Source: Blastocystis sp. Blastoise
Lineage: Eukaryota > Protista > Bigyra: Opalinata
Length of the DNA stretch: 64,000 nt
Direction: 5' to 3'
Assembly (NCBI GenBank): GCA_039096225.1
Contig: JBBPEB010000032.1
Span: 62,001 to 126,000, forward strand
Within the stretch, counting starts at the first letter, position 1. Each line of letters starts with the position of its first letter. Under the pieces are notes generated by a model that had not been told where the DNA came from, searched no databases, and was given only the letters and a program-made list of their open reading frames with translations. Positions 51,728-64,000 of this stretch are shown here, piece by piece. The position numbers and the translations under genes were made by a program.

Positions 51728-53203
51728 TATTACAAAAGATTAAAAAAAAGATAAGATAAATAAGTATAATAGATTATATTATTAATTAATCTCATTTATC
51801 TAAATAGACATTTCTCACTTCAGAATGAGGAATAAAAACAAATCTTCTAAAATGCATAGAGAAAGTATACGATCTTTCTATACGATCTTTTCATAGATTC
51901 TGAAGTGAAATCGCTTTGTTTCTATAGACTCTTGTACAGTAATCAAAAATCGACAGAAAGATCCTATTTTTATCATGCCTCATTTTTTTTCTTTTTCATG
52001 GGAATCAAGCAAAAATTAAAAACAGAATTGCATTTCCTGTGTTCCATCACATTTCTTTCAAATTCACAAGAATGAAACTTGTTTTTGTTATATACAGAAT
52101 TTCTTACTTTACGTATATGTTACATAAATGATAAAAAGAACTCGTAATACACTTGCTCACATTTAGTTTATCCATTCATTATTTCTTTAAAAACGAATTT
52201 TTATGATTGTATTGTAAATATAACACTACAGTAATACTAACCAATTTAACGAATTGAACTTAGAAAAAGGATGAACAAATATTTTATTGTTTTTTTCTTA
52301 TTGAAAAGACAAAATCGTTATAGAAAATGTATTTAATTTATTAGGATGCATCGATGAATAATTCATATGAGTTTAGTCACATAATTATAGTAAAAAAAAT
52401 AAATAATTACATAATATGATCATAGATAACAAAATAGTTTCGTTAAGAGCAATTGACTACATTATTTAAATAATATTTAAAATAATTATTACAAAGTAGT
52501 TTGTTTTATGCTAAAAATCCTTAATAAAAAGAGAGAATGACAAAAAGATACGCAAAAACAGAAGCCATTTTGTGTTTCTTACGAATATATTCATCAAGTC
52601 TCTCTTGTATACAAAATTATTCATACTAACATATGTTTTTATGATATACGCATAAGATAATATATTTTTTAAAAATGAAACGATTAGCTTAACATGCAAT
52701 TATTGCAGTAATTAATGAATCAATATAATCGTCATAGTGTAAGCAATTATAAAAAATATATAGACATAATATAGATCACAAAAAATAATATTTTAAGAAA
52801 AATAAAAAGATGAGTGACTTTCAAAACAAAGTGATAGGTTTTCATAAAGAAAAAAGTTGTTTTTATAATAATTATTTTTGTATTAATTTTTTAAAGTAAT
52901 GATTATTGCCGATTGTTTTATTATTAAAGAAATACATGCTTAACGTTTTACGACGAGGATGTCAAAAGAGAAGTACTTTATTTCTTTCAAAGAATCATTT
53001 TTTTTGCTTTTCAAAGTATATATAATAAAATAGTTATTTTGCTTATATTATAAATAGAAGCATTCATTTATGTTTTTTATTTTTCATGAATTAGATAAAA
53101 ATAATTCAACGTGTATTTTTTGATTAATAATTTTATTAAAGATTCACATAAAAACAATTTTAATTATATTTGGAGTTACTTATAATGATATGAGTTTATT
53201 TAT

Positions 53204-53516
53204 TTAGGGTTCAGCAGTAATTAGCTTGGCAGTACTTTCACCAGTGGACATATGACCACTATGAATAAACATATATTATGAAATACTAAAAGAAATATAT
53301 ATATACTTTTTCATAGAAAGATCAAAATAGAGAATACAAAGAAGTTGAATAGCTCCAAGAATAGTGAAAGTATATGTAGCACCAAGAGCACCAGTTATAA
53401 TAGGGAAAGTGAAAGAAAGAAGGGTATTGAGAATCCAAACGAAAACGTTTGCAATAGATAAACCTTGATCTATAGAATATTATTATTATTATTAATAATA
53501 AATAAATTAGCTAATA

Positions 53517-53601
<85 letters not shown>

Positions 53602-54225
53602 TAATATAATAATAATAAAATAATATAATAAACAAATAATAATAAGTTTAACATATATATAATATATATACCAAAAAGAGGTTTAGGGAAATCTTGAGAA
53701 GCCATAACAAAGAAGAGAGGACCAGGACCTACTTCAAAGCCAAGAATAAAGAAGACAATACCAACAAATGCACAAACAACAAGTCCATTAATAGCATTAC
53801 TAAGTAGGAATGAAGTAAAGATATTTGATTATGGTAAATAAAATAGTTTAGTATATATATTAATTAGAATAAATAGTATTTCTAAAAGAATAAATGAAAT
53901 AAAAGAGAAATAGTTTATATGAAGAATAGTATATCTTAAGAAGATATAGATATGCATATACGATAAAACCATAAGGATAGAACCAATAGCCATAAGACCT
54001 AAAGAAACATTCAAAATTGTTTTACGGGATAATTTATCAACAAGAGCCATAAAAATAAAGACAGTCACGGTATTCCAACCACCTACTAATAAAATTTGTA
54101 TAAGTAAAGCCTATAAATAAGGTTATTACAGGGAATATAGGATATATATATATATTTGTTTATATACATTTTCAACACCAGCATCCTTTAGAATACGAGG
54201 AGCATAGAAAACAACACCGTTAATA

Positions 54226-54278
<53 letters not shown>

Positions 54279-55689
54279 CATAGTGTATATATAGTATATA
54301 TACCAGTAAGTTGATTCATAACAGCTAACATGAAGGAGAAGAATAACCACTTAAAATTCTATATATATAATGTATATTAACAGTAAAGACAAAGTATTAT
54401 AATTTCTGAATATAGTTCACAATAATATAATAATAATATAATAATAATAATATAATAATAATATATACATGAGGAGCAAAGAGGACATTAGATTTTTCTT
54501 TATCAATGGGTTTGACAATAAGAGAAAGAGAAGAAGCAACTTTACGAGCGTCAGCTATAGAATATAGAATATATTATATAATATAATTTATACTACAATA
54601 TATATTTTATAATAATCATATAATATAAATAAGATATCAAAAAGACATACGATGAGCATTAGGAGCAAAGATCATGGTAATAAGAAGAGCTATACCAAAG
54701 ACACTACTGATCCCTAATTGCATACCATATTGAAGGAATGTCAACGGAAGATGGCTGTCCTCATCAGAAGATGTAAAGAAGAAATTGAATATTTGCTAGA
54801 AATATATAGTATATGACTTTTTATATAGAATAATAATGCAATCATAAGATATTTAAATAAATATGAAGAACACAAGAAATATAATATAGTATGTATATAC
54901 AGCTAAACAGATAGATCCACAAATAGATAATTGAAAGAGAGTTGTTACTTTTCCTTTTGATTCTTCAGGAACAATAGTAGAAGTATACATAGGACAAATA
55001 GCAGTACTAAAACCAATAGCCAAACCTAAATTATATTAAATAGATAAAAATCAATGAAATAATGAATAAATTAAGAAATAAACAAAACAAATAATATATA
55101 GAATAAAAAACAAGAAAGCAAATAAATATATAAAATAAAAAACAAGAAAACAAATAAATATATAAAATAAAAAACAAGAAAACAAATAAATATATAAATT
55201 AAAAATACCTAGAAGACCTCTGATAATAACCATATACCAGTAATTCAAATAAACAATAAGGAGAAGTGGACATATAATACCAATTAGAGCAGTAATAATA
55301 AGAGACTATTGAAAAAAAACATACATACAATAAAATATTGTTTTTTATGTTAATAACTTACCATTTTAATACCTTTCTTATTGGCAATCCAAACAGAAAG
55401 GGGAGATCCAAAAGTAGCGAAAATAAGAATAATCGCATTGAATAAACCCTAAAAAAACAGAGAATGAAAAGCACGCAATTTAAAATATACAATATAAACA
55501 TCAGTTGTAGTTTGACTCCATTCTTCATGAGGAATAGTATATTGAACTAAAGGAGATGTTAATCCAGCGACAATACCTGTATTAAAACCATAGATACATC
55601 CACCAAAAATATTTACAAGAGCTATACCATAATGGAATAATAGTTTTTTATTCATTATATATACTAGCATATAAAGTTTCCTTCTTCAT
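53204..55689 (-). CDS. MFS sugar porter (GLUT/GalP-like), many exons
   Basis: GGCIYGFNTGIVAG; RGLLGLAIG...PMYTSTIVPEESKG...FQLSI; NQLTGINGVVFYAPRIL; LVDKLSRK; GPGPLFFV. All introns I traced are GT-AG and in frame. Confidence 0.92.
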
Positions 55690-56287
55690 TTTCAATCAAA
55701 GAACACGAACTTAGTTCTTAATAAAGTAAAACAAAAATGAAAACACAATAAAAGAAAAAATGACATGATGGACTCTTCAGATTAATTGGTTTTTCTTTAA
55801 ATAATGATCTCCATTTTAATGGTGTTCACAAATGTGATAAAACTCTATTCTTTTTTCTGTTTTTTCTAGTGAAATGATGGAGATAATCATGGTTATTTTG
55901 TAGAAAAAAGTGAGATTGTTAATCGGAGAACATAATCTGATTTTTATCTAAATCTCATTTTTTGTTGATTGAATATATGAAAATGATTGGTTTATTCTTC
56001 AAATGGAGATACAATTGAGATCTTAATCACAAAATGTTTGTAATTTCTTACCAGTCATTAAATAAACAACAAGCATTTCATTCTCTTATTGGAACAAGAT
56101 AGAAAATAAGATACTTTTGAGATCCCATATATGTCAATTAATTATATTGAGATACGTGCTAGTCAATATACAGAAACTCTAATCTATTTTGGGTATATAT
56201 ATAGAATCATGATCGATATAGAAATAGTGTGTTTTTTATAAAGAAACAGAATACTGTCATATTTTTATTGTTTTGTTATATTAACTG
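55690..56287. promoter_or_regulatory. Divergent promoter region (sugar porter / GtaA-like) with inverted CCAAT boxes and TGAGAT/AATCTCA motifs
   Basis: ATTGG at 55785 and 55986; AATCTCAT at 55951; several TGAGAT copies at ~55911-56153. Confidence 0.45.
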
Positions 56288-58754
56288 ATGAAGTTTATTA
56301 TAGCTTGCTTATTCCTTGTTGCTGTTTTAGCTCAAAAGCCTATTCCTGGCTTCCGTGCTCCTTCTGTCCCTCTTATTGTTATGGATCCTTACATGAGGTA
56401 TGCTATTTATACAATATTTACAAATTAATTGTAATATTCTATAGTATTTGGTCTCATGCCGATCATCTTTATGACGAATGGACTTCTCATTGGTATATAA
56501 ATGTTCTTTCTTATTTTAATTTTTATTTATAAAATTTATAAATATAGGACTGGTAGTATCATGGCTATGTATGGTATGATTCGTGTTGATGGTAAAGTAT
56601 TCAGATGGATGGGTCATTATAATGTACAATCAAATCTTGACGTTTTTGATCAAAAGAGTGTTACTACTTATCCTACTCGTACTGTTTATGTATTTGAAAA
56701 GAATGGAGTTGAACTTACTGTTTCCTTCTCTACTCCTTCTTTTATTGAAAAGAAAGAATATCTTATGCTTCCTTTCACTTATATTGATTATTCAGTTCGT
56801 TCTACTGATGGTCAAGAACATGAAGTTTCTGTTTATTATGATAACAGTGGTGAAATTCCTTCTGCATATGGTGATCATAAAGTTGATTGGTATATTGAAA
56901 AAGTTGATAATTACGATGTCATTACTATGGGTGAAGTTGACCAACAACCTTTAAGAGATAGAAATGATCGTATTTCTTGGGGTAGATTATTTATTGCTAC
57001 TGAATCTGATGAATCTGTTCAACTTGCTACTTTACCTGATGTTGTAATTAGAAATGCTTTCTTAAATAATACTGCTTATCCTGAAAATGATTTCAATTAT
57101 CGTAATGTCAATGATAACTGGCCTGTTATTTCTATGACTTTTAATTTTGGTAAAGTTGGTTCTACTGTATGTATATTTAAAAATTTTTTTTTGTAAATGT
57201 TTTTTTAACTATATATATTTTTTATAAATAAATAAATATATTTTATAAATAAATAAATATATTTTATAAATAAATAAATATATTTTATAAATAAATAAAT
57301 ATTTTATAAATAAATATATATCTAAGTATTTTATATTATAGGTTGTAAGTAAATATATGATATTTGCTTATGATGATATTAAGTCTATGAATTATTTTGG
57401 TACTGAAATGATTCCTCTTTGGAGACATTATTATGAAGATATGTATACTCTTCTTAGAAAGGTTGCTATACCTCAAAAGGAAGAAATTGTTAAGATGTGT
57501 ATTACTTATGATGAATATTTAATGAATAAGATCTATAAAGATATTGATAATGATGAATATGTTACTGTCACTGCTCTTGTTTATAGACAAGTATATTACA
57601 GGTTTTTATTATTTTTCATTTTTATTATTTTTTAATTTAAAAAAAAAATATATATAAATATATAATATATATATATATATATTATTATTATATAGTATCC
57701 TATATCCTTATACTATTAATTCTCTTATATATAGGTAACTGGTGGATGTAAATGGGTTTGGAATCCTGTTGAAGAAAAGGAATGGATCTTTATGAAGGAA
57801 ATATCTTCTGATGGTGATATTTCTACTATTGATGTTATTTATCCTGCTTATCCTATTTTCCATTATCTTGCTCCTGATGTATTCCAAACTATGCTTCTTC
57901 CTCTTCTTGAATATTCTAATAATGAAGCTCCTAAATATGGTGTTCATATTGAATATAATTTAGAATGGGCTCCTCATCATCTTGGTGTTTGGCCTATTTG
58001 TGATACTAAAGAAGATCAACAAGAACATATGCCTGTTGAAGAAACTGGTAATATGCTTCAACTTATTCTTGCTGTTGCTCAAAAGACTCATGATCTTGAC
58101 TATTTAGATAAATATTGGCCTCTTCTTAAGAAATGGGCTGATTATTTAGTTAAATTCCTTCCTGATCCTGGTGATCAATTATGTACTGATGATTTTATGG
58201 GTCCTTCTCCTCATAATATTAACTTAGCTATTAAGGGATTTGTTGGTCTTGCTGCTTATGTCGATTTATTAAAGATGAAAGGTGATTTAGAACAAGCTGA
58301 TGTTTATGCTCATATATGTAAAGATTATTATAGATGGTTTAAATTTAATGGTTATACTGATACTCATTCTAGATTACAATATAATCTTCCTGATTCTTGG
58401 TCTATTAAATACAATATGATATTCCAAAGAGTTATTGATACTCATACATTCTCTGATGAAGATTTACAAGCTGAAATCGATTATTATATGAAAGAACATC
58501 TTAATGACTTTGGTATTCCTCTTGATAATAGAGCTACATTCACTAAAGCTGATTGGATGATGTGGGTTGCTGCTATGGGTTCTCGTGATCAATTCAATCA
58601 AATATGCCATGCTTTCTATAGATATGCTAATGAAACTAATGGTAGAATGCCTATTTCAGATTGGTTCTTTACTCTTAATGGTGATGTTAAGGGATTTAGA
58701 GCTCGTCCTGTTATGGGAGGTATTTATATGCCTTTATTAGCTTTAAAGCAATAA
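56288..58754 (+). CDS. Secreted glutaminase A (GtaA)-like protein, DUF5127/DUF4965/DUF1793 six-hairpin family
   Basis: Signal peptide MKFIIACLFLVAVLAQ; RAPSVPLIVMDPYMSIW; GMIRVDGKVFRWMG; MKEISSDG..STIDVIYP; MPVEETGNM; QLCTDDFMG; GIPLDNRATFTKADW; FRARPVMGG. Confidence 0.9.
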
Positions 58755-59612
58755 ATAAATCATTCATTTCTTTAAATAAGATTTATATATATATATATTT
58801 ATATATATTTATGTCTTAAGAAATTATAGGTGAGTTTAATAATATTTATTATTCTTTAACTTGGTAATTTCATTTTCTTGTCGTTATTCGAACATTCACA
58901 ATTATGTTTTGTTTTACTCTTTCTTGATATAGCTATTTATATCGTTATGATACTTCATAAGAATATAAAAGTACTTACAATTTTTTTATACTATTAGTAA
59001 TAACTATTTAAAAGAAATAACACTTTTTTTTATTCAAAAACTTTCTTATTTCATCTTCTCAAAAAATCATAGCAATTTATAAAGTCTAATTCATATTATC
59101 ATAGAATATTTATGACAAACATCAAACATTTATTTGTGATCACTTAAGAATCCAAAACATGAAATCAATAAGACCCGATGAAAACAAAACATTTCATTAT
59201 TCCGTTCAACAATCTCTACACTCATTTCTAGAGATATGAAATAAGAAAAAAAACATAAAATATTGATTCTATCTTAATGATAAATTGAAATAAAACTAGT
59301 TAACGTGATCGAGTCCTCAAGAAAACTTGTCACTTGTTAAACATCACCTTGTTTCAGTTTATTATCGAGAGATTATTGGTTGAACGAGAATCTCATCAAT
59401 TCTTTATTCATATTATTGGACGCACAGGAATTTCCATTAGAAAACACATTTGACTGGTTTTAAGTGAGAAACAGAAAACCATGATTATATTAGAGATATC
59501 AACGAGTTTTCTGTATTTATGGTGGAATTAATAATCACAACGAATAAACAACGAGCAAAATTATTCTTTTCGCTTTATACAACTATTCATTTTTTAAAAT
59601 TGCTAACCTACG

Positions 59613-61419
59613 ATGAGTTCTAACGAGAAGGTAAATGAAAATAACGTAGATTTTATGGAAAAGTATTTTAATTGATTAGCGTTTTTTATTAGTCTTCTTT
59701 AGAATCAAACAAAGATATCTCAGTTGCCCTCCTATCACGAAATACATTATAATAATATGTTCAATTTCTCAAATTGTATGTGATTTGATATGTTCGTTTT
59801 TTTCTAGTTTATTGTACGTCTATTTTTTATTATTACTTTAGATTTCACTAATCTCAAACAAATACTTTTCATCATTTGCAAACATTCCTATGTTTATACT
59901 TAAATATTTTGAAGTATATCGTTTATTCACATCTGTTCTTGTTGAAAAGTCATTTATTGGATTCATCTCTGCTAATGTGTTGTTTTATATTGTTTTTAGC
60001 AACTATGAACAAAAATATGGTATACATTTTTTTTAATTATTATTTTGTATCTATATTTTATATATAATTCTTTAGGGTCTATTATTATGCTTTATCGTTT
60101 TCTTGTTACAGTAGTCACTATAAATATTATTTTCTTTGGTCTTGTATGGCTCTTATATATTCTTAAAGGAAAAGCGTATCAAAAAATATGGTATTACTCA
60201 CTTCATGGATATTTCCCCGTGATTATTTCACTTTTCATTAATGAACTTCGTGGATTTAATACTGTGTATGCTTTTTTTTATTGATTATTTGTTTTATTTT
60301 TTGTGATTATTATAGTTTATAGCTTATAGTTATTATAGTTATTTTTATTATATTTTTTTTTATTATAGTTATTATAGTTATTAATATTATAGTTATTATT
60401 AATATTATTAGTTATTATAGTTATTATTATTATAGTTAAAGTTATTATTATACTTATTATTATTATAGTTATAGTTATAGTTATAGTTATTATTAATATT
60501 ATGCTTATTCTACTATTATAGAGGATCTGCCTTATCTCAATCTCCCTATTTACTGATTCTTTTAGCTGTTACTTTCTTCTTAATGATGGATATATCAACA
60601 TTTGCCTCTATCTTAACAGGCGTTCTCTGTATATTTATATATATATTTCATTCTATTATTATTATTTCATTTATAATTTTTTACTACTCTAATATATATA
60701 TATATATATATATAATATAAATAGAATAATCATAATATATATATAGTTTATTTTGTTCCTCGTATAATGAATGTTCCTCTTCATATGTTATTAAAATGTT
60801 TCCCTCCTGTGTTAATACAATTAATTACTTCTTCTTCTTCTTATATAGGATTCTCTCCCTCTCATCAAAGTGGAATCATTGATGATAAAACTAAAACACT
60901 GTTACAAAAGAAAAATAATATAAAGTATATTATGATTCGTATTATTATAAGTTTATTGTATTATTTATTGTTTTTATAATTATTGTTATATCTATTCTAT
61001 ATATAAGTATTATATAAATAATAATACATTATAATATCATTATTATATAAAGAATACTTTTTTAATTATACAAATAATAGTATTTTAAAATTATATAAAT
61101 AATAATTATATTATAATATAGCTAAGCTATTATATACCTAACAATATATACTCTATAGTACTGTCTTTAAAGATATTGAATCTCCTACTTTTCATCCCTC
61201 ACAACCTTTCGATAGTGCCTCACCTAAAAACCATTTTAAAGGACAAGGACGTATATATACTTATATAACACAATAATCTATACATATATAACTATTTATA
61301 ATAAATATATTCTATAATTATTCCATATATATATATATATTTTGCTACTTATCATAATATAAATTATCAAATACATTACTTATTTTCTCTATCTAATTTA
61401 TATAGACACATTAGGATAA
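59613..61419 (+). CDS. Rhomboid-superfamily pseudoprotease (derlin/RBL-like) with C-terminal SHP box
   Basis: Spliced CPPITKYII...FEVYRLFTS...YEQKYGS...SLHGYFPVI...FASILTG; C-terminal FKGQGHTLG* matches FxGxGxxLG. Confidence 0.72.
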
Positions 61420-62098
61420 ACAACTTCATCTTTATGCGCCATTACTCTTTCTATTTGTTTAAATTTATTGTTGTTTGGTATAACAATATCTATTATTATG
61501 GTTTATTAAATCTATAACTATTTATTATTTTTAATATTTATATTATGATTCTCCTAGTACTTTATCCACCTCTATATATATATTTTCTCCTTTTCTTTCT
61601 ATATTGACAATCCTATTTCATAATATTTGTTCTCTACATATTATCTATTTCAATTTTTTTTTTCTTCAATCTTTTTTAAACCTTATGTAAATCAATCGTG
61701 TTATCTACTGTCTTCTCTATTTCCTATTATTTTATAATCATGAACTTATTTTATTTTTCTTCATGTTTGACGTAAATTATTGTTTTTTCTTTTTTAAAAT
61801 AGTATAATTGACGTTGTATTATTGTATTTTTGATCTTTTTATTTCTTATTTCTTTATTTTTACTAATCTATTAAAACCATAGAAACGTGTTTTGTCCTTC
61901 ATTTTAATTATTCTCAAATATAACTACATTTTTATTAATTTATAAATCAAAACAACATAATTCAGTTATTTTTCCTTTTTAAAAGGAATTTTTTTTCTTG
62001 TTTCATGATTATTTTTCATATGAATTCTTCTTTCTGTTTCTAGACTTTTTTTATAAATTGTATTCATTTTCTTTGGAAACATTATATAAAATCTAGAT

Positions 62099-63029
62099 AT
62101 GTCTAAATACGATCAACGTACTACTACCTTCTCTCCTGAAGGTCGTCTTTATCAAGTAGAATATGCTATGGAAGCTATTAACAACGCAGCTACTTGTGTT
62201 GGTATCACAACTAAGGATGGTATTATTATCGCTGTTGAAAAGAAAATACCAAGCAAATTATTAGCTAAAACTGAAGAAAGCGAAAAGATCTATGTTTTAG
62301 ATGATCATGTCATTTGTGCTGTTGCTGGTTTAACAGCTGATGCAAATATTTTACTTTCTGAAGCTAGAGAAGATGCCCAAGACTATTTATATAAATATCA
62401 TCAACATAAACCTGTCGAAGAATTAGTACAAAAAATATGTACCTATAAACATTCTTATACTCAAGTTGGTGGTCTTAGACCATTTGGTGTCTCTTTCTTA
62501 TTTGCTGGATGGGATAAACAATACGGATATCAACTTTATAACAGTGATCCTTCTGGTAATTATTTTGGTTGGAAAGCTCATGTCATTGGCGCAAATAATA
62601 CAGTATGTATCATTGTCATTTCTTTATGAATCTAATTAATTATATACATATTATTTACTTTTTTATATCTATATTTATTTTTAGATTTTATTTATTTATA
62701 TCGATATATATATATGTATATATAGATTGCTAAAGATTTATTAAAGAAAGAATACAAAGAAGATTGTAATCTCGATGAAGGTTTACAATTAGCTACTCGT
62801 GTATTATATAAATGTATGGATGCAAATGAATTAAATAGCGATAAAATGGAATTTGCTTCTTTAAGATTGTATATATAAAAATATGTTATTTTTGTATTCG
62901 TTTTCATATTTTTATATTTCTTTATATATATATAGAGTAAATAACAAGGTTAAATATCATTTATTCACTACAGAAGAAACAAATGAATTCTTCAAAACTA
63001 TTCCTGCTAATCTTTTAAATAAAGAATAA
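62099..63029 (+). CDS. PSMA4: 20S proteasome subunit alpha type-4 (alpha3/Pre9), 3 exons
   Basis: YDQRTTTFSPEGRLYQVEYAMEAI; AVAGLTADANIL; YTQVGGLRPFGVSFLFAGWD; SDPSGNYFGWKA. Confidence 0.96.
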
Positions 63030-63324
63030 TAAATATTTTGCTTATTTTAAATTTTTTTAATATTTCTTTTCAACATATTATTTTTCGATATTTGTTTTGT
63101 TTTTTTTTTAATTTTTAACATAAATATATATATTCTCTATTATTTTTTTTATGAAAACAATGAATCATAATCATCAATAGTAATATTATTTATAGGAAAA
63201 AGATATATATATATATAAGAAAAGCTCTACAAAGTTCTTCAGTAAATCCCAATAAATATTAATATAAATACATTAAATATGAAAGATATAGATAAAACAT
63301 ATAATATTAAAAAAGAAAAAAAAG

Positions 63325-64000
63325 TTATAATTTTGGTTCATCAACATGTTGATTTATAATAGTTTGAAGACGTCGTTGTAAATCACCTTGAGGACTATAT
63401 ATATATATAGAGTATTTAGAAAGATTATTATAGATGTAAATATAAATTATTGATATAAAAAGATAGTTATATATAAGATAGATAATAATAATAGATATAA
63501 TCAAAAGATAATATAAAATAGATAATAATAATATAAACAAAAGATAATATATAAGAGAAATATAAACGCTACTCAATTATAGGAGAAAATGTAAAAAAAT
63601 ACTAATATATATATATATATATGAAAAAAATCTCAAATTTATATAGTAATAAAAGTATATAATATAATATATATATACGCAGTTTTCTTATAGTCTTCAA
63701 TAACTCTAGTTAATTGTATACCAATATCAAGTCGATCTCTCTCTTCTATCCATCTTTCTGCAAGACTAGGTAAGGGTTTCTCCTATATATATATATATAA
63801 TAGATAAAAATAAAGAAAATATATATGGAAATAAACTAATAATCATATTTTTTATATCATAAAGAACATATATCATATATAATTAAAAAGTTTAATAATA
63901 ATAATAATAATAATATATAACAAACATACAGGTTTTGTTTCTGTTTTACTTGTTGTTTCATTTGTATTTAAAACTGTGTTCTCCATAGAAGCTATATTAT
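63325..64000 (-). CDS. 3' exons of a hypothetical protein (partial)
   Basis: In-frame splice ...TETKP|EKPLPSLAERWIEERDRLDIGIQLTRVIEDYKKTA|PQGDLQRRLQTIINQHVDEPKL*. Confidence 0.6.

Overview
Very AT-rich, intron-rich eukaryotic nuclear DNA. The gene content, especially the discoidin/putative-Ig/HormR-repeat surface protein, suggests a Blastocystis/Opalinata-like anaerobic stramenopile; this is an inference, not a database result. I reconstructed 13 spliced genes by hand: a giant coiled-coil protein, NAD(P)HX epimerase, ELF1, a ~1950-aa adhesin-like membrane protein, RFC5, a hypothetical protein, a BLTP2/KIAA0100-like lipid-bridge protein, a tail-anchored TPR protein, clathrin light chain, a sugar porter, a secreted GtaA-like protein, a rhomboid pseudoprotease and proteasome alpha-3, plus a 3' fragment at the window edge. 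I recognised no rRNA, tRNA, CRISPR array or clear transposon. Main observations: (1) an AT-AC U12-type (minor spliceosome) intron splitting the conserved SRCT-RFRF motif of RFC5; (2) one giant reading frame of at least 6,668 codons interrupted only by two isolated in-frame TAA codons, with coiled-coil sequence continuing in the same frame after each (readthrough, editing, decay or error); (3) an atypical C1-like zinc finger inserted in the BLTP2 homologue; (4) a head-to-head pair of a secreted glycosidase-fold protein and a sugar transporter; (5) unusual splicing features: (TA)n-built introns, a GC donor and a micro-exon.
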